From IMG/VR virus record IMGVR_UViG_3300021963_000124, positions 975 through 64,974 of that record: a DNA stretch of 64,000 bases. One strand, written 5' to 3'. Position 1 is the first letter of the stretch; every line of letters starts with the position of its first letter. Origin of the DNA: a virus (lineage: Duplodnaviria; Caudoviricetes). The notes under the pieces are model-generated. The model was not told where the DNA came from and did no database searches. It worked only from the letters and a program-made list of their open reading frames with translations. Below, in pieces: positions 29,955 to 39,556 of the stretch. The position numbers were made by a program, and so were the translations under genes.

Positions 29955-30653
29955 TTATAGTATATCACCACTATCTTCGTCTATCAATTTTTTATTACGG
30001 TCAACTTTTACCCATGGGTTTTTTTCTAATGCAACCGCAATCTTCATTAATTTAATTGGGTCTATCGGTTTTTCGACATCTTCGTTTTTACGTTTAGATT
30101 TTTTGTTATCTTTTGAATCTTTATCGTTAACTCCACCAAAAGTCTCAGATTTATTATCTTCGGAAACATCTTCGGATTGTTCAGATTCTTCTGGTTGTGG
30201 AGGAACTGGAATATCCGGTTGAACAACATTTTCTTGGGTGTATGTTTGTTGTTTGGGTATATAACATATGGAATTTCGGGCAATTATCCCCTGTATAATA
30301 TATCTTTTATAGTCATCATACATCGTTTGATAATAAGAAAATGCACCATTAATATCATTGAATTGAGTTTCTGTTAATGAAATTTTGACGCAGTTATTTC
30401 TTTCTTTCCATTTTGTTACAGGAACATCCAATACCATACAAACGATATTTGTCAATAAATCCCGTTCATTTCTATCTCGTAATATAAAGAAATAATCTCG
30501 TTGTTCTTCTATCTCTAGTTCTTTTTCGTCAATGTTATACTTCTCACAAAGAATTCTAAGTTTTTCTTTTGCAGATATAGATTCGCCACCCACCCCTTTA
30601 TCGGCTAGAGCTTTTACTTTTTTTATTAATTCCCGTATCTTTTCTGGTGTCAT
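29955..30653 (-). CDS. Hypothetical protein with DUF2786-like N-terminus
   Basis: IKKVKALA..G..GE...A...L...CEKYNI pattern. Confidence 0.5.
   Translation of the reverse strand: MTPEKIRELIKKVKALADKGVGGESISAKEKLRILCEKYNIDEKELEIEEQRDYFFILRDRNERDLLTNIVCMVLDVPVTKWKERNNCVKISLTETQFNDINGAFSYYQTMYDDYKRYIIQGIIARNSICYIPKQQTYTQENVVQPDIPVPPQPEESEQSEDVSEDNKSETFGGVNDKDSKDNKKSKRKNEDVEKPIDPIKLMKIAVALEKNPWVKVDRNKKLIDEDSGDIL
29959..29987 (-). promoter_or_regulatory. Sigma70-type promoter for the primase and Mre11-Rad50 genes
   Basis: TTGATA-N17-TATACT with extended -10 TG, 7 nt before the primase ATG. Confidence 0.55.
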
Positions 30654-31152
30654 ATAATGAGCAAACTATACCATCATACATATCACCATTTCTCTCATCC
30701 CAATTACCCTTTTTATTAAGAATGGAAAATTTAATTACATCAGGATACAATGACTCCAATTCTGATTTTACAAATTCTTTAGATTTTACGCCTTTGATTC
30801 TACATTTACCAAACAATTGTTTACGCATTGTATTTACAGATAATAAATTGACTTTTTTCTTATAATGTTCTTCTAAAATATACGCAAAAACTGCATTGTG
30901 ACGGGCCAATGTTATAATTGTTTGTTGACTTGTAAAACCACCTGCAAAACCACTTAATGCAGCTTCAAGATTAATATGTTCAAACGTATCTATGTAACAA
31001 TTTTTTGATAATTCTGATATAACGTGATATGTTTTTTCTTTGGTGGTTTCAAATTTTTTTGTATCTATAAACCCTGCATCAAGAATTTTATTATCTTCAC
31101 TAAATGCCCATCCTGTTACGGATGTTGATGAATCCAATCCTAATATAACCAT
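30598..31152 (-). CDS. RuvC-like Holliday junction resolvase
   Basis: ILGLDSSTSVTGWA, INLE, DMYDGI: RNase H-fold acidic residues. Confidence 0.75.
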   Translation of the reverse strand: MVILGLDSSTSVTGWAFSEDNKILDAGFIDTKKFETTKEKTYHVISELSKNCYIDTFEHINLEAALSGFAGGFTSQQTIITLARHNAVFAYILEEHYKKKVNLLSVNTMRKQLFGKCRIKGVKSKEFVKSELESLYPDVIKFSILNKKGNWDERNGDMYDGIVCSLYDTRKDTGINKKSKSSSR

Positions 31153-31184
31153 ATACTATTATATAGTATACTTATTATTAAAGA

Positions 31185-31481
31185 TTATTTATATTTCTTT
31201 GTATTCAAACCTTTAACTAATGCAGATGTCATTTTAGAAGAACTGTTTAATCTATCAGGAACATCTTTATAATTTGAAAGACCGACTGGTTGTTTAACTC
31301 TAAATCCACCTTTATCAATGGTATATTGTTGACCGTTATATGATGGTTCTGACTGAATTGAAATAGTATCTTGAGTGGTGTTGATTTTTCTAGCATTAAA
31401 AGCACCACCTACAGATTGTGTTTTGTATCTGTCTTCAAGTGTTTTGACTAAAGATTCTCTAGAAATTGTGTTATTAGGCAT
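31185..31481 (-). CDS. Hypothetical protein
   Basis: 98-aa ORF with TATTTATA at 31497-31504. Confidence 0.55.
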   Translation of the reverse strand: MPNNTISRESLVKTLEDRYKTQSVGGAFNARKINTTQDTISIQSEPSYNGQQYTIDKGGFRVKQPVGLSNYKDVPDRLNSSSKMTSALVKGLNTKKYK

Positions 31482-31507
31482 ATATTATTCTTTTTTTATA
31501 AATATCA

Positions 31508-33844
31508 TCAGATATCCCATTTTACTAAAATATTTAATGGGAACTCTCCGCCATTTTTAATAGGAGTTCCTAACTTTCCTATTGCAACTAAGTCTGTTCC
31601 ATTATATAATCCAACTGTTGTTATATAAGGTGCAAGATACGATCCCGTATTATCAATTGAAGAGCTATATTGATACTTAAAGAATTCTGGTTTGATATAT
31701 GACGGATTTATTTTATTAGTTTTAACGTCCAAAAATTTAACCAAATCAGAATATTTCGATCTCTTGGATTTTATGGTAGTATATTTTTTATATAAATTGT
31801 CAGTCAATTGATTTGAGAAATATTTCCACAAAATAAACATGTCATTTATATCAATATTGCCAGCATTATCAAAATCAAACAAAAATTTGTTTTGATTGAA
31901 ATATGTAGTGTAATCAGTTGTTAATAAAGAACCACTGAAATAATTTAAAGTGTATGCAGATACATTTGACTTGTATACATCTCTTTGAAGGCCAGTATAA
32001 TAATTAAATAGACTGGTTTCATAATTGTTTTCAATAATTACTGTCCACCATTTTTCATGTCCTAAATTTAATTTGCAAATATATCTCAAAATTAAATCTA
32101 CATCTATAAAATCAAAATGTTGGTCTCCATTTATATCATAGTCAAATGGTAATTTATATGTTGCAGTTGGGTTTGTGCTTACATTAAATTCCCCTGGTTC
32201 TACTGTGCAAAATATCTGATTTTCATAAAGTGTTATTCTAGAATCAAAATTAATATCATAATAAGGTATAGGATCTGAATATAATCCTCTTCTTACAGAC
32301 AGATCATTGAAAATTGATTCTGTTGTTTTTAAGATAATATCGCCTGTTCTATAAAATACGTTTCCAATTTGTATATTATCACTAAATTCATTAAAATCAT
32401 ATACGTATGAATATCCTCTAATATTTCTATAATTTGAAATAGATTGACTTACTGTTCTATTTGAATCTAAAAATAAACACGGAGATCCTACAACCAATGA
32501 TTGTGTTGACAATGCAACAGAATTTCCAAACACGGAATATGGATATCCGTATTCTTTTCTTCTATAGAGATTTTTCAATAAGCTCCAAGTCCCTTCCGTG
32601 TTTTTATAAATGTAAACATATCCAAGTGTATTATTTAAATCTTTGTAAGATTCATCGAACAATACAGAATTTAATGTTCCGGTTATATAACTTGAACTGA
32701 ATGGGAAATTATATTTTAATGATGATGCTACTATATAATCTCCAAATATATCTACACTATATCCAAATTTGTTATCTTTGAAAAATGTACCTGATTCATC
32801 TAATTCTCCATCATATATTTTTTGAATTTGATTCCATTCATTTTTTGAATCACATCGTTGATATATAAAAATACATCCTCTTTTTCTTAAATTTGATCCA
32901 TTATATTCATAATACTGTGATTCATTTGGACATCCAATCACTAGATAATTACCATAAATTGATAAACTTTTTCCAAAATTATCATAACTTTGAGGTGAGG
33001 ATGAACTTGGATAAAAATCTAAATATTGTAAATTATAATTGTAATTATTATCTCCAACAAATTTTTCTATTTCAATCCATCCTACAGAAGATGATTCAAA
33101 CAAATACACAGTTCCATAAGTTGAATTTGAAGAACTATTTGCAACTATCAATCGGGTGCTGCCACTTACATCAATTTTAACACTTGTTCCAAAATAATCA
33201 CCGGCAATACTATCACTTCCTGTCAATGATGTAAGATATGACCAAGTATTATTTATTTTTGTATATAAAAATACCTCTCCTTTGTTATTAAAAGATTTAT
33301 TAGCTCCTATTGCAATTATATTGTTACCTAATGAAACATCGCATCCAAAACTACCACTTTCTCTTTTAAATGAACTAGTTATGGTATAATAAGGGATTAT
33401 ATTTGTAGTGGATATATCATATATATCGACATTTGAACCTGTTATTAATGTAGCAGGATTTGGTGCATAAACAGAACAGCTAAAAAATCTAGTAGCGACT
33501 GCCAAGTCTGTTCCATAAATAGATAATGCATTTCCATATTCATTTTCTATTTTATTTACACCAAAATTATCTGTAAAATCATAAAAAAGAAATTGTGATG
33601 TCTCTGTAAGAAGATCGTCTGCTTGAGATAAATTAAATGCTGTAGAATTATCTTGATCCAATGTTTTTTGAAGAGTCAAATAAAATTCATAATCGTTTGT
33701 AGTATAACTATATTTTTTTACAGAAACTTCTCCAAGACTAAATCCCGACCCAGATCTAAACGATGGTGGCGAACCTATAGCGATATAATCACCATAAGCA
33801 GCGACTTTGTATCCATAATTTTCATTTCTGATATTAAAATTCAT
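31508..33844 (-). CDS. Baseplate-associated protein: FG-GAP beta-propeller, dockerin-like repeats and baseplate C-terminal module
   Basis: Repeated FG.SVSI.G..L.IG.P units, DINGD and DFDNAG loops, YITTVGLYN C-terminus. Confidence 0.7.
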   Translation of the reverse strand: MNFNIRNENYGYKVAAYGDYIAIGSPPSFRSGSGFSLGEVSVKKYSYTTNDYEFYLTLQKTLDQDNSTAFNLSQADDLLTETSQFLFYDFTDNFGVNKIENEYGNALSIYGTDLAVATRFFSCSVYAPNPATLITGSNVDIYDISTTNIIPYYTITSSFKRESGSFGCDVSLGNNIIAIGANKSFNNKGEVFLYTKINNTWSYLTSLTGSDSIAGDYFGTSVKIDVSGSTRLIVANSSSNSTYGTVYLFESSSVGWIEIEKFVGDNNYNYNLQYLDFYPSSSSPQSYDNFGKSLSIYGNYLVIGCPNESQYYEYNGSNLRKRGCIFIYQRCDSKNEWNQIQKIYDGELDESGTFFKDNKFGYSVDIFGDYIVASSLKYNFPFSSSYITGTLNSVLFDESYKDLNNTLGYVYIYKNTEGTWSLLKNLYRRKEYGYPYSVFGNSVALSTQSLVVGSPCLFLDSNRTVSQSISNYRNIRGYSYVYDFNEFSDNIQIGNVFYRTGDIILKTTESIFNDLSVRRGLYSDPIPYYDINFDSRITLYENQIFCTVEPGEFNVSTNPTATYKLPFDYDINGDQHFDFIDVDLILRYICKLNLGHEKWWTVIIENNYETSLFNYYTGLQRDVYKSNVSAYTLNYFSGSLLTTDYTTYFNQNKFLFDFDNAGNIDINDMFILWKYFSNQLTDNLYKKYTTIKSKRSKYSDLVKFLDVKTNKINPSYIKPEFFKYQYSSSIDNTGSYLAPYITTVGLYNGTDLVAIGKLGTPIKNGGEFPLNILVKWDI

Positions 33845-33845
33845 A

Positions 33846-36800
33846 TTATGTTATTGTATCAACATTATATATTGAAGATCCATTTAAATAAATTTCGTAT
33901 AACAAATTTGATCCTGTTATAACGTAATTGCCTCTCATTCCGTTTGGATTAGTATTATCTCCACCACGGCCATATTTTTTAAAAAATACATCTGACACAG
34001 ATAAATCTACAGAAGATCCCCCAACAGGATCATCATTCGTATACAGTCCTGATTTTCCATTTATCGCATCATTATATCCAATAGGAATATTATTTCCATA
34101 ATTTCCTGCAAATATATTTGGATTTGAAGGATAAAATTGTCTCTGATATATGTCCCAGATGTTACTTGTCACATAATAAGGTTTTGGATTTTGAAATATA
34201 TTATAATAGTCACGTTGTATGTCTGTATAAGTTCCAGTTGTAGTGAACAATTTACCTTCATAACTAGTATCTAATATGGATGCGGTTCCATAATTATCAT
34301 ACGTTGGAATACCGGAACTATCCATATTTATCGATTCTCCACCGCCTGCAATCATGTCTAAGAAAGAATATTGTGGAGTAGTAAACGAACCGGTAATCAT
34401 ATAAGTATTACCACCATTATCAATTGAACTATTAACGGTCTGATATATTTCTACAGTATTATTAAAAGTAGTTGGGAAAATGAATTTTATCTTACATTCC
34501 GCATCTGAACCATTAGGCTTTTTTAACACTTCATAATATAATTGTTTATCCCATCCGTTAGTTTCAACTGTGATTACATTATTATCACTCTTAACCGTTC
34601 CTCCATTGGCTACACTTGCATTTGAAATTATTGAAGAATCTATACCACTTGCTTGAGTTCCATTCAAAACAAATTGCATTTCTTTTGAGGGAGTGTTATT
34701 TGTTATATTAAATGAATAAACTAATGTTTTTTTGATAGGATCTGGAATATTACCCTTGCCAGATTTTCCTACCACAAATTTTACATTTTGTAAATCTTTA
34801 TCAATAATATATTGAGATGGGAGAATAAATCCGATTGATGCTCCTGATCCACCTCCAATATTTGGTGTTGAATTACTTACCCATTCAATTCCAAGTGTAT
34901 TTAATAATCTGTCAACCAAAATATTATATGAAGAATATGGTGATCTCTTTTCAAAACTAAATTCAAATTTATGATATCCATGATCTAAAGTTAAAGTCAC
35001 TTCATCTGATTTTACATTAGGCGTTACGCTAGTATAATTACCAGGCCCTTGTTTTCTATCAGTTTCAACTGTAGTATCATCTACTTCCGATGCAAATACC
35101 TCACCTTCATTAATATATAATATCAATGTAGTAAGTCTAATATTCGTAAATTTAAATTTAAATGTATAACTATCAGTAGGAACGTAAAATATTCCACGTT
35201 GAATTACTTTATTGGTACTAGCAAGATTGCCTGCAAATGATAATAGATTTGAATTTTTAGGAGCAAAAGAATATTGTTTAGGAGATAATAAACTATCTAC
35301 ATTATAATATGCAATTTCTATATTTTTTTCAGTAGATGTATAATTATTAAACTTTAAAGATCCGCCGCCAGCACCTGTTAAATTAATACCCAAATAATTT
35401 TTATTATATTGATTTAAATAATTATTAAATTTATCTTTTATTAAATTTGCACTTGATCCAGCAACAGTAGTCCATGTTGGAAGAGTATATGGATCAAAAT
35501 ATTTTCTCAAATTGTATTTAGAACTTACTGTATTTGATTCTAAAACATCAGATAACGGCGAAGTTTCATTTACATCTTTAACTATGATATAAATAAAATC
35601 TCCAATTTTCCAATTTGAATTATTATCATTATAATACAAATTTTGACTTTCAATCTTAGTTATAAGTTTATATACGCCAGAAACTGTAGGTTTTATAGTT
35701 GGAAAACTGTATTCCGTAGCAGGAGATCCACTTATGAAAGAAAATTTTACAAGATTATTATAATTATAATGTTTATTTATAACACCATTTCTATTTCTGA
35801 AAGAAATATATGAAACTACAGGCGAACTAATTTCATCTTCAAACGATTTTACAGTATTAGTTTTGTCTTTAAATAAAATAATCTCATTTTTAAATTGAGT
35901 ATAAAATTTATCAGGATTTTCTAAAGTAACTGAACTTACATGATTTTGTATTATTTGAACAGTAAATGATTGATTAGGTAATGCTCCAACTCCATTACTA
36001 TTATCTGTAATTGTTAATTGGTATGTGCCTACGTCTTTAGGGAAATTCCCATCGGCGTATTTCTGTGTTCTATTTATATATTTTTCACTAGCAATTTTAT
36101 TACCTGATTTATACCAATCAACTGTAAAATTGTTTGGTAAATTTGATAAATTTTGAAAATCTGATATAAAATAAAAATTTCCATCAAACGTTCCATTGGT
36201 TCCTATTAATGAAATGTTGTTAAATATTTCAACGGTTATAAGTGGTTGAACCAATTGATATTTTGAAGAATTTGTTCCCGTTAACGCATATGATGTAAAT
36301 GTCACCGTTTTTTTAGTTCCGATAGAATCATCTGACATTGTTGCGGTTGATGGGCCTGTTATATTAACGAAAGGTATATCCTCTACAACTATACCTAAAT
36401 TAGATTTCAATGAAAGATTTTCATTATTTATATTTACGGTTGTATTGGCTGCTTGATAATTTCTATTTGTTGCTGATACTACTCCGTTTAAATTGATTTT
36501 CTTTGGAGATATAGTAAATGTTCTTGAAACAGGAGTTGAAGAAGGAACGGTATCTGCTGTAACTATTACTGATCCTAAAGACGTTGCAACTTTACTTGGA
36601 TTTAAATCAATGGTTTGATTTCCAGGAATACCTTTTATTTTTGCGAATTCGTTGCCGGATGTAATAGATAATTTTATAGGTTTATTATTAATTATATCTT
36701 TTACAATTGGAGTTATTTCCCATACATCTCCATATGTTAAATCATTTATATTATTAAAAGAAATATTAGAAACGGGTGCAGTAATTGTAGATGTTCCAGT

Positions 36801-37844
36801 AGATGTTCCAAAATAATTTGAATCATTTATAGTAACCGTAGCAAGATAAACTCCCACACCAATAGGATCGGAAATAGATAGACCATCTTTTCTATAAATT
36901 ATATTATAATTTAATCCTGACGGTGTTGTAGATACTGATACATCGTGACGATTTCCATCATATACATTGCTTACGGATGTAACAATTAATGATGCTTGTA
37001 TTTTGTTAATCGTAAATATATCGGTTTTTGTTCCGCAATAATATCCATCAGATATTTCTGAAAATACATTATATGTTCCTACATTTGTTGGAGGATTAGG
37101 ACTTCCATTATACGTAGTTGATACGTTTAAATTATAAGGAACAGTTGAAACTGATGCGCTTCGTGGATTGCCGTTATAAGTTTGTGTTAATTTATCATGT
37201 AATATACTAGCAGATACACAATTATAATTTGCGGTTTGAATAGATGCAAATGAACTTCCACTTACTTTTAAATTATTATTCCCATCATCAATTATACTTA
37301 CATGTCCAATTGGCAAATCATGATTTATTTTAACACTATTTGGTTCAATTTTTTCACCAAATTTATTAATTGGAACATTAAATACAGAAATTTGTTTTGG
37401 TAATGTTCTATTGACTTTACTTGGGTCTAATGATTCTAATCCAAATATTTGTGTAGGATTTTCACTTTCTTTATAATATAAATTTTTGGAAGTATTATAT
37501 ACAAGTGATTGATAACTGTCGTCGATATTTACAGGATTGTTTTCTGAATTATAATATTGACTTCCCAATGAATAAAAAGTTGACCCTGTTATTTCTTTTC
37601 CAATTCTAAATTTTAAAAAATCTGCATCTTGTTGTTGATATGCAATTGCGGATGAAAATGCCGATGATACTGCCGACATTTGTGTTCCGTCGCCGTAATC
37701 GAAGAAGGTTAAAAATAATGATCCACTTTCACTTCCACTTTGCCAACTTATTAAATCTTCGAATCTTTGATTTTGAGAATTCCAGGATTTATTGGCAATA
37801 AATGGTGTGTATCGGATATCATTTCTCTTTAACGATTTAATCAT
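33846..37844 (-). CDS. Large baseplate/adhesin protein with MBG/YDG-like Ig repeats and a possible PA14-like domain
   Basis: TYNG...TYNGSPNPPTNVGTYNV, VYDG, GIFYVP...Y.F...LYIN...TL..GYHKF. Confidence 0.6.
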   Translation of the reverse strand: MIKSLKRNDIRYTPFIANKSWNSQNQRFEDLISWQSGSESGSLFLTFFDYGDGTQMSAVSSAFSSAIAYQQQDADFLKFRIGKEITGSTFYSLGSQYYNSENNPVNIDDSYQSLVYNTSKNLYYKESENPTQIFGLESLDPSKVNRTLPKQISVFNVPINKFGEKIEPNSVKINHDLPIGHVSIIDDGNNNLKVSGSSFASIQTANYNCVSASILHDKLTQTYNGNPRSASVSTVPYNLNVSTTYNGSPNPPTNVGTYNVFSEISDGYYCGTKTDIFTINKIQASLIVTSVSNVYDGNRHDVSVSTTPSGLNYNIIYRKDGLSISDPIGVGVYLATVTINDSNYFGTSTGTSTITAPVSNISFNNINDLTYGDVWEITPIVKDIINNKPIKLSITSGNEFAKIKGIPGNQTIDLNPSKVATSLGSVIVTADTVPSSTPVSRTFTISPKKINLNGVVSATNRNYQAANTTVNINNENLSLKSNLGIVVEDIPFVNITGPSTATMSDDSIGTKKTVTFTSYALTGTNSSKYQLVQPLITVEIFNNISLIGTNGTFDGNFYFISDFQNLSNLPNNFTVDWYKSGNKIASEKYINRTQKYADGNFPKDVGTYQLTITDNSNGVGALPNQSFTVQIIQNHVSSVTLENPDKFYTQFKNEIILFKDKTNTVKSFEDEISSPVVSYISFRNRNGVINKHYNYNNLVKFSFISGSPATEYSFPTIKPTVSGVYKLITKIESQNLYYNDNNSNWKIGDFIYIIVKDVNETSPLSDVLESNTVSSKYNLRKYFDPYTLPTWTTVAGSSANLIKDKFNNYLNQYNKNYLGINLTGAGGGSLKFNNYTSTEKNIEIAYYNVDSLLSPKQYSFAPKNSNLLSFAGNLASTNKVIQRGIFYVPTDSYTFKFKFTNIRLTTLILYINEGEVFASEVDDTTVETDRKQGPGNYTSVTPNVKSDEVTLTLDHGYHKFEFSFEKRSPYSSYNILVDRLLNTLGIEWVSNSTPNIGGGSGASIGFILPSQYIIDKDLQNVKFVVGKSGKGNIPDPIKKTLVYSFNITNNTPSKEMQFVLNGTQASGIDSSIISNASVANGGTVKSDNNVITVETNGWDKQLYYEVLKKPNGSDAECKIKFIFPTTFNNTVEIYQTVNSSIDNGGNTYMITGSFTTPQYSFLDMIAGGGESINMDSSGIPTYDNYGTASILDTSYEGKLFTTTGTYTDIQRDYYNIFQNPKPYYVTSNIWDIYQRQFYPSNPNIFAGNYGNNIPIGYNDAINGKSGLYTNDDPVGGSSVDLSVSDVFFKKYGRGGDNTNPNGMRGNYVITGSNLLYEIYLNGSSIYNVDTIT

Positions 37845-37845
37845 T

Positions 37846-38886
37846 TTAGAAATCTAGTCTAACTTTTATCAAACATTCATTATCAAACTTCTTAAGAATA
37901 GGTTGACTAGTTTTTGCTACTGCAACTAAATCATTATTTTCATTATACAATCCAATTGTAGTAATATATGTTCGTGGATCTGTATAAAACTCGGTAAATC
38001 TCAACTTTCCAGTAGTTAATGACAATACAAATGTAGGATTGTTCGAATAATTAAATTCTTGATTTTTAACTCTTACGAAATAATATTTTGAAGGCAAATA
38101 TTCAGATTTTCTTGATTGAAAATAACTATTGGAACAAACTTTAATAGAATTATATATTTTTTGTTGATTTAGTTGATAACTTGAACCTGTCATTTCTAAT
38201 AAAGGAGTAAGATTGGAACCAACCAATTGTGAAAGTTTATCTGCGTTTAATATAATTATTCCGTTTTTTGGATAAATCCTTCCTAAACCACGATATTCGG
38301 TAGATCCATTTAATTTATATGTAACCGCGACACCATTTTGAATACTTCCGCTTACAATATTATAACTATCCAATACAGTATCAGATGAAGAGTCATCAAC
38401 AAAATTAAATACCCCATTACTTCCACTTAAAGAAAACTGTATGTGTCCTTCATCTAATCTATCTTTAAATTTATTTGTTGTAAATGACATTACATAAACA
38501 TTTGAAGAACTTATATAATTTGTAGCAGATGATGATGCAAATGTAAATGATTTATCTGTAGAATTTAACAATATGTTTTTATATTGTGAATATATGACTT
38601 TACTTGGATAAGCTTTTACAGTGCTTACATCAGTTGCTGAACTGCCACTCCCAAATTGATTTCCGAATGCAACTGAAAATACGGGTTCGCCTGCATAATA
38701 TACATCAGTATAATATAATCCATTTTTCAAATCGTTTATATTTGATCCTGTAGTAACCGTTTGGTATGGATTTGTGTAAAAAGAGGATTGAAGAACACTT
38801 ACATCTCCAGCAGGCCATAGAGGAGATGATATTCTATTGATTTTTCCATCAATTTTATCGGTTGATTCGAATTTTTTGAATATCAT
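37846..38886 (-). CDS. Putative baseplate structural protein
   Basis: EFNYSNNPT and YITTIGLYNENNDLVAVAK, in the baseplate cluster. Confidence 0.6.
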   Translation of the reverse strand: MIFKKFESTDKIDGKINRISSPLWPAGDVSVLQSSFYTNPYQTVTTGSNINDLKNGLYYTDVYYAGEPVFSVAFGNQFGSGSSATDVSTVKAYPSKVIYSQYKNILLNSTDKSFTFASSSATNYISSSNVYVMSFTTNKFKDRLDEGHIQFSLSGSNGVFNFVDDSSSDTVLDSYNIVSGSIQNGVAVTYKLNGSTEYRGLGRIYPKNGIIILNADKLSQLVGSNLTPLLEMTGSSYQLNQQKIYNSIKVCSNSYFQSRKSEYLPSKYYFVRVKNQEFNYSNNPTFVLSLTTGKLRFTEFYTDPRTYITTIGLYNENNDLVAVAKTSQPILKKFDNECLIKVRLDF

Positions 38887-38891
38887 AAAAA

Positions 38892-39518
38892 TTAAACAGT
38901 TACGGTTACTGGGATTGTTACACTTCCACCACTTTCATTTCCAATTATAGTTAATGAAGTGGTAGTCGTCTCTCCAACACCTGGATTTACCAAAAATTTA
39001 AACTGCAATCCTATTACTACTTGAGAAGTTTCTACTGAAACGCCTGTAAAAGATGTAATTGTATTAGATACTGTATTTGCAGATACGTTGATTGTAGGGA
39101 CAATCGTGCCAACATTTTTATTTGCTAATATAGCAGTATATCCCAAGGTGGTATTGTATGTTGGAGTAGTGCTTGGTGAGATTATAGAATCGCCGGTGAA
39201 TGTAGAAGGCACATTTATATTAGTAACGTTAAGAGAAATTACTGGTATTGTAGTTACACCTTGATTTAATGTAACCAATTTATATTTCATTACTTGAGTT
39301 TCATCAAAAAATGCCTCTAATATAGGAGTCTTCCTGATGGCGAAATCATTAAAATTAGATCCTTGAGGATGATTTGGGTCATATAGACTATAATCAATTT
39401 CATCATCTGCCAATGCAAATGAAGTTATGTTCAAATTTCCATTTTGTGCCAATAACTCTCTCCCCTTTTTAGTCAAGGTAGCATCGACTATAATTGTTTT
39501 GTTATCTAAGTATGCCAT
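38892..39518 (-). CDS. Putative baseplate/fibre-attachment protein
   Basis: LTKKGRELLA...ITSFALADDEIDY resembles myophage fibre-anchoring N-termini. TATTTATA (39524-39531) lies 5 nt upstream. Confidence 0.55.
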   Translation of the reverse strand: MAYLDNKTIIVDATLTKKGRELLAQNGNLNITSFALADDEIDYSLYDPNHPQGSNFNDFAIRKTPILEAFFDETQVMKYKLVTLNQGVTTIPVISLNVTNINVPSTFTGDSIISPSTTPTYNTTLGYTAILANKNVGTIVPTINVSANTVSNTITSFTGVSVETSQVVIGLQFKFLVNPGVGETTTTSLTIIGNESGGSVTIPVTVTV

Positions 39519-39556
39519 ATGTATATAAATAGTTTAAATTTATGTTTTTTATTATT

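Noticed and set aside
31187-31194. Sense-strand TATAAATA upstream of the RuvC-like gene
   Set aside because: Single instance overlapping the KYK-stop codons of the previous gene, expected by chance in AT-rich DNA.
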